Positions 37,966 through 45,831 of a stretch of 53,014 nt of DNA are shown here, in pieces (the first letter of the stretch is position 1; each line of letters begins with the position of its first letter). Under the pieces are notes generated by a model. That model saw nothing but the letters and a program-made list of their open reading frames with translations, was not told where the DNA came from and searched no databases. The stretch is from an uncultured bacterium. Lineage in GTDB: Bacteria > Poribacteria > WGA-4E > DTYX01 > CAZRLY01. A program made the position numbers and the translations under genes. The stretch lies in assembly GCA_964601015.1 (NCBI GenBank), contig CAZRLY010000004.1, forward strand, positions 1 through 53,014, read 5' to 3'.

Positions 37966-38245
37966 TAAGGTATTGGAGTATTGGGGGTTTGGGGTATTGG
38001 GGTTAAAGAAGGTATTGGGGGAGTGGGGCATTGGGGTAATGGGGAAAAAGAAGGTAATGGGGTTTTGGGGCATTGGGGGGTTGGGGGAAAGACTTATGAT
38101 AACCAAAGTTTTTCCCCCATTACCCCATTACTCCATCACCCTAATGCCTGCTTTTAATGCCCCATCACCCCATTCCTCCAATACCCCATTACCTTTTTCA
38201 CTCACCCCATTACCCCATTGCTCCATCACCCCAACACCTTACCAC
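37966..38245. repeat. ~280-nt imperfect inverted repeat: a G-rich arm of degenerate GGGGYATT/GGGGTAAT octamers facing a complementary C-rich arm
   Basis: The G-arm (37966-38090) and the reverse complement of the C-arm (38108-38245) share starts (GTAAGGTRTTGG), internal blocks (GAAAAAGAAGGTAATGGGG vs GAAAAAGGTAATGGGG; one-base A indel) and ends (GGGGGAAA/TTTCCCCC). More than 15 G4+ runs sit on one arm. Confidence 0.8.
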
Positions 38246-38343
38246 TATTGTGACATTCGTGGTTTCAGGAATGGGAAATTACAAACCTAACTTGGTAGAA
38301 GTCGTCCGGCTTTCCGGTCCGTCTGGTTTAGGAAGGATTGAAA

Positions 38344-38919
38344 ATGATCAAAAAAATACTTGTAGACGCTTTATTTGCCGCATTAAAGATACGCGATGAA
38401 TATACGGCAGAACATTCCTTGCGAGTAGCTGAATATGCTTTTACCATGGCTAAGAGATTGAGATTGCCCGAAGAGGAACTTGAAAGTGCAAGGATTGCCG
38501 GTTTACTCCACGACATCGGAAAAATCGGAGTTTCCGATTCAATCTTGCTCAAAGCGGGCAAACTGAGTGAATGTGAATTTTCAATTATGGAAAGACACTG
38601 CAAATTCGGAAGAGAACTCCTCTCCCAAATTGTGTTGTTAGAGGATGTAGCGCCGGCAATCTATCATCATCACGAACGATGGGACGGAAAAGGGTATCCT
38701 GCCGGACTGTCGAAGAAAAGAATTCCACTGCTATCGCGGATTGTTGCAGTAGCAGAGACTTTTGATTTAATGACAGCAGGAAGCCTATATCGCGAAATTG
38801 TTAACGTTGACGCCGCACTCGAAGAACTGGACAGGTGTAGTGGAACTCAATTTGACCCTGAGGTGGTAAAGATTTTTAAAGAGTACATTCGCAACTCAGA
38901 TTTAAGATGTGAAACGTAA
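38344..38919 (+). CDS. HD-GYP domain c-di-GMP phosphodiesterase (stand-alone)
   Basis: GGAAGG SD 6 nt before ATG 38344. Motifs: HSLRVAEYA, AGLLHDIGKIGV, HHERWDGKGYPAGL. Confidence 0.85.
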   Translation: MIKKILVDALFAALKIRDEYTAEHSLRVAEYAFTMAKRLRLPEEELESARIAGLLHDIGKIGVSDSILLKAGKLSECEFSIMERHCKFGRELLSQIVLLEDVAPAIYHHHERWDGKGYPAGLSKKRIPLLSRIVAVAETFDLMTAGSLYREIVNVDAALEELDRCSGTQFDPEVVKIFKEYIRNSDLRCET

Positions 38920-38973
38920 AGTGCAGGCAAGGCCTACATTTTTTCGCTCATTTATAATTCAGCATTCATCTCC

Positions 38974-39052
38974 GTAAACTTAAGGGGTAGAGGTAGTCCC
39001 TGACTACCGATTGCATCAGTCACGGACTGATGCTACCCGGCGTTAAGTTTAC
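38974..39052. ncRNA. Candidate structured element: a 10-bp closing stem, a 6-bp stem, and two perfect hairpins
   Basis: Pairings: GTAAACTTAA (38974-83) with TTAAGTTTAC (39043-52); GGGTAG (38985-90) with CTACCC (39033-38); hairpin GGTAGTC-CCT-GACTACC (38992-39008); hairpin GCATCAGTC-ACG-GACTGATGC (39013-33). Flanked by 15-nt direct repeats AATTCAGCATTCATC at 38956-70 and 39060-74. Confidence 0.45.
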
Positions 39053-39161
39053 AGTAATGAATTCAGCATTCATCATTTCCAAAATTGGTAAGGAGCACAG
39101 AGAGCCTTCCAATTAAATGCAGCATTGGTCATACAGCATTCTTTTAATCGGGGTAAGTAAA

Positions 39162-40526
39162 ATGAACCGAAGAACTTTCTCTCTCACACTTTCCATATTC
39201 TGCTTCTGTTTTACATTCATTTCATATAGTCAGGCGGCTTTCACTGACCGGCCTGGTTTGCGCGCTTTAGGGCTGGGTGGTGCATTTTCCGCCATAGCTG
39301 ACGACGGAAGTGCTGCTATGTGGAACCCCGCAGGACTGGCGCAATTAAAACGTTCCGAAATTCAAGCGCAAGGGGGACAACTCTTCATTGGATTGGATAG
39401 AGACATCCTCGCTTATGGTTATATAAGCTACGTTGAGCCGTTTGGGCGATTTGGAACGCTGAGTTTAAGCGGCGCGCAATCTTATGCGGAATTATACAAA
39501 GAAACTACAGCAGCTTTTTCATACAGCCAGAATTTAGGGCGGTTGTATTTGGGGTTTAATTTGAAGGGGTTGTTTACCAGCTTTGCAGAAAATAATGAGT
39601 ACATGGCACTCGAAATCGAAAAAGGTACCTTATTTAAGGACAAAGGATTTAACCAGAGTAGATTGAGTTTGGATGTAGGCGCGTTGCTGAAATTGGGTAG
39701 ATTATCGCTCGCTTGTTCCGCTTATGATATAAATCAGCCCAACCTTGCCATAGGACAATCTGACATCTTTTTGCCGGTGACACTTAAATTTGGATTTGCT
39801 TTAAACGGCGGCACAAACGTTTTTGCGGTTGATGCAACCTATCGCGATTGTTCAATTGGTGGAAAACGAGATATTAACGTACATCTTGGCGTAGAAAAAT
39901 GGTTTGCCGATAGGAGTTTCGGATTGCGAGCCGGTGGAAACCTATACGAATTAGCCGCAGGCGTTAGCTACGCTTTTAATATAAACAGCGCGGCAATTCA
40001 GTTTGATTATGTCCTCCGCTATCCAAATGATATTCTCCAAGAAGAAGTCATTTATGGAACTTACGGCTCTCATTTACTATCGCTGTGCGTCCGGTTCGGC
40101 AGTGAAGAAACAACCGGGGATGTAAACAAACGTCCTGACGTTAAAGTTCTTCTGGAAAGTGGCGATTATAAAGGTGCTGCCGATGAATACAAACGTTTAA
40201 TTGAGATTGGTGCCCATGAACCATCGGTTTACCTGAAATTAGCGCGCATTCAACTCAACGCTAACGACTATGAAAAGGCGATAGCCACATATGAACAAGC
40301 GGTAGAACTATATCCTCAACACCCCGAATTCCCCTACGAATTGGGTAGGGCTTGTGAGAAATACACAGAGCTAACCAAAGATAAAAGCTGGTTACAAAAA
40401 GCGGTTCTGGCTTACGAAAAGACGATTAAAATTGACCCAAAATATAAAGATGTTCAATTTAGATTAACTTTAGTATACGTCCATAAAGGGCAGTTTGACA
40501 ATGCTCGCAAACAATTGCGTAAATAG
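39162..40526 (+). CDS. PorV/PorQ-like beta-barrel protein fused to C-terminal TPR repeats
   Basis: Signal peptide MNRRTFSLTLSIFCFCFTFISYSQA (the ORF opens earlier, at 39117). Signature LRALGLGGAFSAIADDGSAAMWNPAGLA. The C-terminal ~130 aa carry TPR-like repeats (AIATYEQAVELYPQHPE, AVLAYEKTIKIDPKYKD). Confidence 0.7.
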   Translation: MNRRTFSLTLSIFCFCFTFISYSQAAFTDRPGLRALGLGGAFSAIADDGSAAMWNPAGLAQLKRSEIQAQGGQLFIGLDRDILAYGYISYVEPFGRFGTLSLSGAQSYAELYKETTAAFSYSQNLGRLYLGFNLKGLFTSFAENNEYMALEIEKGTLFKDKGFNQSRLSLDVGALLKLGRLSLACSAYDINQPNLAIGQSDIFLPVTLKFGFALNGGTNVFAVDATYRDCSIGGKRDINVHLGVEKWFADRSFGLRAGGNLYELAAGVSYAFNINSAAIQFDYVLRYPNDILQEEVIYGTYGSHLLSLCVRFGSEETTGDVNKRPDVKVLLESGDYKGAADEYKRLIEIGAHEPSVYLKLARIQLNANDYEKAIATYEQAVELYPQHPEFPYELGRACEKYTELTKDKSWLQKAVLAYEKTIKIDPKYKDVQFRLTLVYVHKGQFDNARKQLRK

Positions 40527-40685
40527 GAGGGCAGGGGGGCAAGAACCCGGAAAACCGGACAACCGGAAAAAGACCAATTGTGTCACATAACAGGTTTTCT
40601 TAAATTGCCAATTTATTCTACACAACATTTCTTTTTCAGGCTTTCTGGAGTTTGCCCCTTAAAGTGAATGTAATGGAGGGTACGA

Positions 40686-41651
40686 ATGTCAGTATCATAC
40701 GCAGGGGAAGTACTAATCGTAGATGATGAGCTAATTTTGATAGAACCTTTCAAAGAAGTGCTAACAGAAGAGGGGTACAGTGTAACCACTGCCTCCAGCG
40801 GATTAGAAGCTATCAGATTGCTGGAAGAAAAAGAATTTGAAGTTGCCTTAGTTGACTTAGGGTTACCTGATATTGGCGGGTATAATGTACTTCAAGAAAT
40901 CAAGAAGGTTGACCCAACTACAGAAGTTATTATCGTAACCGGTCACAGTTCTGTACCTTCTATTGTAGAAACAGTAAAAGCAGGTGCCTTTGACTACATT
41001 GTTAAAGGCACCGGTTTAGATAGAATCATAGTTTCCGTTCAAAATGCCATTATCAAGCGTAGACTTACAGCAGAAAGAGACAAATTGATGCTGGATTTGA
41101 AGCGCGTCAACGAAAAAAAGCGTGAACTATTTGAACTCGCCATTCGAGATGGATTAACTAACTTATATAACCACCGATACTTCAGGGAGCAGTTAGAGCG
41201 TGAAATGAACAGGGGCGCACTTTCTATTGTAATGTTTGACGCAGATAATTTTAAGGGTTACAATGATACACACGGGCACCTGAAAGGCGATGATGTCCTC
41301 AGACAAATGGCAGATATTTTAGAATCTACGGCACGAGAAACGGACATTGTAGCACGATATGCTGGTGATGAATTCATCGTTGTATTACCAGATACGGATA
41401 AATCAAGGGCGGTTATATTTGCCGAAAGATGTGTTCGATTGATTGCGGAATATCATTTTGAAGGGGAAGAATTGATACCTACCGGTAAGATAACAATCAG
41501 CGCTGGAGTAGCCTCATATCCAGACGACGCTTCAACTTCAGACCAATTGATTGATAAGGCGGATAGTGCCTGCTACAAGGCAAAAGGAACGGGCAAGAAC
41601 GGGGTTTATGTATGCAAAAGGATGGATTTCGAGCAACTAAATAAGTCGTAA
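40686..41651 (+). CDS. Response regulator with receiver + GGDEF (AGDEF variant) diguanylate cyclase domain
   Basis: GGAGGG SD. Receiver motifs: VLIVDDE, ALVDLGLPD, VIIVTGH. GGDEF domain motifs: RDGLTNLYNHRYF, DADNFKGYNDTHGH, RYAGDEF. An RETD I-site lies 5 aa upstream of AGDEF. Confidence 0.85.
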   Translation: MSVSYAGEVLIVDDELILIEPFKEVLTEEGYSVTTASSGLEAIRLLEEKEFEVALVDLGLPDIGGYNVLQEIKKVDPTTEVIIVTGHSSVPSIVETVKAGAFDYIVKGTGLDRIIVSVQNAIIKRRLTAERDKLMLDLKRVNEKKRELFELAIRDGLTNLYNHRYFREQLEREMNRGALSIVMFDADNFKGYNDTHGHLKGDDVLRQMADILESTARETDIVARYAGDEFIVVLPDTDKSRAVIFAERCVRLIAEYHFEGEELIPTGKITISAGVASYPDDASTSDQLIDKADSACYKAKGTGKNGVYVCKRMDFEQLNKS

Positions 41652-41674
41652 ACTAAATAAGTCGTAAGGAGGAG

Positions 41675-42199
41675 ATGATGTCCAGGACAATCACCGTTGG
41701 TATTTTAACAGCCAGTGATAAAAGTTCGCGCGGTGAGCGCGAGGACAAGAGTCACAAGTCCATCGTAGAAACACTCAACAAAATTGACGCTGAAGTAGTT
41801 TGGTATCAGATTGTTCCTGATGAAAAACCAATCATTGAAGAGAAATTAACCGAGTTGGCGGATAAAATCGCAGTAGATGTGGTTTTGACAACCGGTGGAA
41901 CAGGGCTTTCGCCGCGCGATGTCACACCGGAGGCGACAAAAGAGGTGATAGAAAAAGAGGTGCCAGGACTCGCAGAAGCAATGCGGGCAGAAAGTTTGAA
42001 GATAACCCCAGCGGCGATGTTATCGCGTGCGGTTGCAGGAATACGCAAACGCACTCTCATCGTAAACTTGCCAGGAAGTCCCAAAGGCGCGCGGGAATGT
42101 CTTGAAGTTATTTTGCCCGCTTTGCCGCATGGTATTGAAGTAATGCGCGGAGAAGTATCTGACCACTCAAGACCGGAACGTCAACGAACACCGCGTTGA
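41675..42199 (+). CDS. mog: Molybdopterin adenylyltransferase (MoaB/Mog family)
   Basis: AGGAGG SD. Motifs: VVLTTGGTGLSPRDVTPEAT, PGLAEAMR, LIVNLPGSPKGA. Confidence 0.8.
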   Translation: MMSRTITVGILTASDKSSRGEREDKSHKSIVETLNKIDAEVVWYQIVPDEKPIIEEKLTELADKIAVDVVLTTGGTGLSPRDVTPEATKEVIEKEVPGLAEAMRAESLKITPAAMLSRAVAGIRKRTLIVNLPGSPKGARECLEVILPALPHGIEVMRGEVSDHSRPERQRTPR

Positions 42200-42345
42200 C
42201 AGCTTGAATTTTAGCCACGTTGTTCCAGTACAACCCCCCTTTGTTTCGCTTTCTCGTCAAAGGACAGAGGAAAAGGCTTCAACCATTCCCTCTGTCCTTC
42301 GCTGTACTCAGTACAGTTCTTTCGTCTTCCCGCTTTCAAGCGTTG

Positions 42346-42371
42346 GATGAAGCCCGACGACTTCGTCTTAC
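42346..42371 (+). repeat. GAAGCCCGACGACTTCGTCTTAC repeat family, copy 1
   Basis: Sequence GATGAAGCCCGACGACTTCGTCTTAC. Related copies lie at 49598-49630 (+) and 51813-51836 (-). Confidence 0.8.
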
Positions 42372-42398
42372 TTAAGGAGCAGGCGTACTTTATTCTTT

Positions 42399-42674
42399 TT
42401 GAAAAAAGCAAAAATTAGTTCTAATCTTCATGATAGGTTAGATAAGAAAACAGCATACTACGAAGTTGTTTTTGGGAATCAAGGCGAATACAGACTTATC
42501 GATAAGAAGAATATTGAGTATGTTAGAATTACTGAGGAATTTTGTCGAGTCAAAGGCATAAAAGATGAGGCAAAACAAGCCAACGAATGGGTCAAATTGC
42601 TAAATGATTCTAACCAAATTTTGAGAGAAAGTGTCAAAATTGAATTAGAAAAGATGAAGAAGGTGAAGAAATAA
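42399..42674 (+). CDS. Hypothetical K/E-rich small protein (TTG start, weak support)
   Basis: 91-codon ORF with plausible amino-acid composition. No convincing SD and no recognised motifs. Confidence 0.3.
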   Translation: MKKAKISSNLHDRLDKKTAYYEVVFGNQGEYRLIDKKNIEYVRITEEFCRVKGIKDEAKQANEWVKLLNDSNQILRESVKIELEKMKKVKK

Positions 42675-42703
42675 GGTTGAGTTCTTATTTCTGCAAACCC
42701 AGC

Positions 42704-43222
42704 ATGCGTAATAACATAGTGTTGCCAGTGTTCTTTGTTTTGTGTCTGATACAATCTTGCGCAACGGGGTGGGAATACAATCAACGAATGAACTACATCG
42801 AATCTCATCCGAATATACCTGAACCGTTCAAAAAGGCAATTGCAAAGGGACAGGTGTTGGTCGGAATGACACCCGAGATGGTTATTGCGGTATGGGGACA
42901 TCCTACCCATATTATAAAAGCGCATTACACTGGACGAGACTCTGTAAGCGAATACTGGAAGTGGGAGTTAGCGGGACAACTATATCATCCTATCTTAGAG
43001 ATTTTTCGTGGGTTTGGTCCTCATGTTGTTGTAAAAATAATAGGCAAGAAAGGAGTCACTCATGGTAAAAAAGATTTTTATCATCATAGGCGCGTTAGTT
43101 CCGTTAGTGCTGTTTGTGTTGCCGTTGTTTGTAGGAAATGTAGCTATCGGGCAGCGCGACGGAAAAATTATCGAAATAGAAATCGCAGATACCGCAAACC
43201 GTATATTGGAAAAGCGGGTTGA
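42704..43222 (+). CDS. Putative lipoprotein with SmpA/OmlA(BamE)-like segment; the 3' tail overlaps the next gene
   Basis: Lipobox FFVLCLIQSC. GMTPEMVIAVWGHPTHI resembles the BamE-like fold. The last ~50 aa are arginine-rich and low-complexity, and they overlap the gene that starts at 43062. Confidence 0.45.
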   Translation: MRNNIVLPVFFVLCLIQSCATGWEYNQRMNYIESHPNIPEPFKKAIAKGQVLVGMTPEMVIAVWGHPTHIIKAHYTGRDSVSEYWKWELAGQLYHPILEIFRGFGPHVVVKIIGKKGVTHGKKDFYHHRRVSSVSAVCVAVVCRKCSYRAARRKNYRNRNRRYRKPYIGKAG

Positions 43223-43853
43223 TATTCTTGAATTTCAGAAAATGCCACTTGCTCGTATGTTTGGCAAGTTAGCTTTTTATATTCCTATCTCTTTTGAAGA
43301 GATTGAATTTGGTGATGATAAAGTCCAACCAGTTAAGAGAAATAACATTACTGTAAACCTTATTACTGACAGGCCCGAATATAGACGAGAATTCAGAAAC
43401 AAAAGTTACCGGGACATTCTCAATGAATTAGTATCCTTAGAGAACTACTTTTGGGATATCAGCCCGAATGGAGTAATCAACGTTCTGCCACGCGGGAAAA
43501 AGGATAATAAATATAGTCAATCAATCTTAAATCATATTATTCCGCGGTTAGATATTGAAAATGTAGAGATACAAGTGCTTTTTTCGGGCGCTCATCCATT
43601 TGGACGAATGTTGCTGGAGAAATATCACATAGGTTACATAAGCCTGGTAATTGGAAAAAATACTGTTGGTCCAACTAAGGTTTCAGTTCACCTGAAGAAT
43701 GCAACTATTCGAGAGTGTCTCAATGCCATTGTCAAAGCTGCGGGAGATAATTTTTATTGGCGTTTGAATGGTTGGAGACGAGCAGGAGAACATAAAGGCA
43801 AAAAAATTAAGTTCAGATTCTTATGCATAGGTATTTCAAAATCCTTAGATTAG
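43062..43853 (+). CDS. Hypothetical secreted / membrane-anchored protein
   Basis: AAAGGAG SD 6 nt upstream of the ATG. N-terminal hydrophobic segment IFIIIGALVPLVLFVLPLFV. Confidence 0.65.
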   Translation: MVKKIFIIIGALVPLVLFVLPLFVGNVAIGQRDGKIIEIEIADTANRILEKRVDILEFQKMPLARMFGKLAFYIPISFEEIEFGDDKVQPVKRNNITVNLITDRPEYRREFRNKSYRDILNELVSLENYFWDISPNGVINVLPRGKKDNKYSQSILNHIIPRLDIENVEIQVLFSGAHPFGRMLLEKYHIGYISLVIGKNTVGPTKVSVHLKNATIRECLNAIVKAAGDNFYWRLNGWRRAGEHKGKKIKFRFLCIGISKSLD

Positions 43854-43902
43854 TAAGTTTCTTTTTCAGGATACCGTCTCCGCATTTATCGCAACCCTAT
43901 CG

Positions 43903-44421
43903 TTGAATGGCGAAAAAATTTATTCCCTACGAGTGATGGGTTTGCAGGGCGAGAGATTAATCTTATTTTGGATACAGCACAAAGAGCACATCTGGTCAAA
44001 ACAGGATGCCCCATCTTCCCGTTTGGCAGACGCTGAAATCACTCTAAACTCTGTAGACCCGACATTGAGCAACCATGCACAACGGAAAACTGATTTATCT
44101 CCCCGAATCCTTTCTACAGGGGGATCGATGAAAATGACCGAATTGGTGGCGCTATCAAGTCCGTCATTTTTATCCCCACCATTCAGCCGTCACAGATTTT
44201 CAACCCACGTTCTATCTGGATCTGGGGTTAATGAAAAATATGCTGTTGACCCCTGCTCAATGTCGGTAGACGATGGAAAATATCTTGTGGAATGGTGGGA
44301 TACCTACTCCGGCTCTATTTTAGACAAAAAGATGATAACTGCGCGCGAAGGAGAATTGAAACTGAACGTTCTCCCCGTTTCTACAGACATTGCTTGTAAA
44401 ATCTTTCCAACGCGTCTATGA
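43903..44421 (+). CDS. Hypothetical protein, possibly a gene remnant
   Basis: TTG start and no SD. Only the C-terminal part (GKYLVEWWDTYSGSILDKKMITAREGELKLNVLPVSTDIACKI) looks like a folded beta domain. Confidence 0.3.
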   Translation: MNGEKIYSLRVMGLQGERLILFWIQHKEHIWSKQDAPSSRLADAEITLNSVDPTLSNHAQRKTDLSPRILSTGGSMKMTELVALSSPSFLSPPFSRHRFSTHVLSGSGVNEKYAVDPCSMSVDDGKYLVEWWDTYSGSILDKKMITAREGELKLNVLPVSTDIACKIFPTRL

Positions 44422-44731
44422 CCGGCAGGGGAGTCTGGTGGAAAAAAGGCTAATGGAAAGCTGACCCGGAGGGTTGAGCAGCCCCGATTCTCTAATCGGG
44501 TGTAGTCAGCTTTCGCTTGACTTTACTCCCTTTTCAAAATTAATTGAGAGCTAGTACATGTGCGCGGAAGTTCTTAACCCGTCCGTAGAACGTGTAGCTT
44601 ACTCGTTCTATCCCCAACCCGAACGGGCAAGGCTGCCCGTTCTACGGGTCAAAGATTTGCGCCCACGTGTACTAGTCTTTTGTTCCAATGCTTCATTCTG
44701 AATTATCAAACCATCAGTAATAATACACCCG

Positions 44732-45589
44732 TTATTCTTCCCTCGCCAATTTAAAGATGGGTTCAAGCCCTGCCGCTCGCTCGTGCAGAGCGTTACGTTC
44801 GGCGTCGGACAGTGGGGTGAAGGTATCGCCGACATCCAGCGCCCGCCTGAACAAGTCAGCATGTCCCGGAGTCATTGCCGTTGCTATTGGCTCAGATAGC
44901 GTAAAACGAACGGCCAATGCCGTTTCCTCCGGGTCAGTTACTGGTTGATACCAGCACTTGCGGTAGGTTCGTTCTTCTCCTTTTGGCCAAACCGTGCGCG
45001 CCATCGCTTTTATCGCCATACAACCCATGCCGAGACTATGTGCCTTGGCAATTACTTGAAGCCCAAAATTAGCGTTGAAGTGATTCACCCAGTTCACAGG
45101 AAACAAGATGGTATCAAACTCGAACCGGTCAAGCAGAGCTAACGCTATTTCCACCGAATGCCCGGTGAAGCCGATAAAACGCGCCAGCCCTTGTTCATGT
45201 GCCTCGATGAGCGTCTCCATCGCCCCGCCGGATGCGAATACCTGGTCGAAATCCTCCTGAGTTGTCATCCCATGTAGTTGATATACGTCAAAATAGTCCG
45301 TGCGCAGTTTTTTAAGAGATTCGTGTAGTTCCCGTTTGGCATCGTCAGCCTTGCGCTGGGTAGTCTTGCAGGCGAGGTATACCTCGTTTCGGAACGGCTC
45401 CAACGCCGGTCCCAGCCGGTCTTCAGCGTCGCCATACGTTGGTGCCACGTCGAAATAGTTGACGCCGCGCTCAATAGCCTCGCGAACCAGAGCGTCGGCA
45501 GTTTTTTGTTCCTCGCCCGATACCAGTATTCCGCCGAAGCCAATGATAGAAACTTCAAATCCTGTCTTGCCTAAAATTCGTTTTTGCAT
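44732..45589 (-). CDS. Aldo/keto reductase family oxidoreductase
   Basis: Start placed at MQKRILGKTGFEVS, with a GGAAGGGGAAG SD. Motifs: GFGG, RGVNYFDVAPTYGDAEDRLG, DYFDVYQLHG. The 75-codon upstream extension in the ORF track carries no such motifs. Confidence 0.8.
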   Translation of the reverse strand: MQKRILGKTGFEVSIIGFGGILVSGEEQKTADALVREAIERGVNYFDVAPTYGDAEDRLGPALEPFRNEVYLACKTTQRKADDAKRELHESLKKLRTDYFDVYQLHGMTTQEDFDQVFASGGAMETLIEAHEQGLARFIGFTGHSVEIALALLDRFEFDTILFPVNWVNHFNANFGLQVIAKAHSLGMGCMAIKAMARTVWPKGEERTYRKCWYQPVTDPEETALAVRFTLSEPIATAMTPGHADLFRRALDVGDTFTPLSDAERNALHERAAGLEPIFKLAREE

Positions 45590-45810
45590 GGTTTTCTTCC
45601 CCTTCCTGTAAATTGTGAAAAGAAGCTTCGCCCCTAGCGGGCAAAAAGTGTCGTGGTCAGCAGAATGATTTACATGCTCGGCGTGGATTGGCAAATCCAC
45701 GCCACAACCGATGGATTTGCCAATCCATCGGGAGCAAAAGTGTCTACCATCTTTTTGACCATTACATAAATTGTGCAAAAAGCATAAGTTTTGGAAACGA
45801 ATTGTTCTTC

Positions 45811-45831
45811 TCAATCTTCAATCCACTCACC
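45811..45831 (-). repeat. TGA-ladder element containing the stop codon of the nucleotidyltransferase gene
   Basis: The minus strand reads GGTGAGTGGATTGAAGATTGA. TGA codons (first base, minus strand) fall at 45829 (the in-frame stop), 45820 and 45813. The 9-nt then 7-nt spacing matches 37866/37875/37882. Confidence 0.85.

Noticed and set aside
37973-38399. ORFs 37973-38290 (105 aa) and 38157-38399 (80 aa) listed in the six-frame track
   Set aside because: They are translations of the G-rich and C-rich octamer arms. The products are low-complexity (GFGVLG..., PHYPI...), there is no SD, and the two ORFs overlap each other. I treat the region as a repeat or hairpin, not as genes.
42211-42411. 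Minus-strand 66-aa ORF after mog
   Set aside because: It lies entirely within a repeat/hairpin-rich spacer (an 11-13-bp stem at 42260-42299, the CTGTACT-C-AGTACAG palindrome, and the CCCGACGAC repeat). It has no SD.
43903-44421. Calling this ORF a glycoside-hydrolase-associated beta-sandwich domain protein
   Set aside because: Only a short C-terminal stretch (YLVEWWDT...) is reminiscent of such a domain. The ORF has a TTG start, no SD and an odd middle section, so I kept it as a low-confidence hypothetical or possible remnant.
45590-45814. 75-codon N-terminal extension of the aldo/keto reductase ORF
   Set aside because: It has no family motifs, and a strong SD sits directly before the internal MQKRILGKTGF start. 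The extension also runs into the repeat at 45811.
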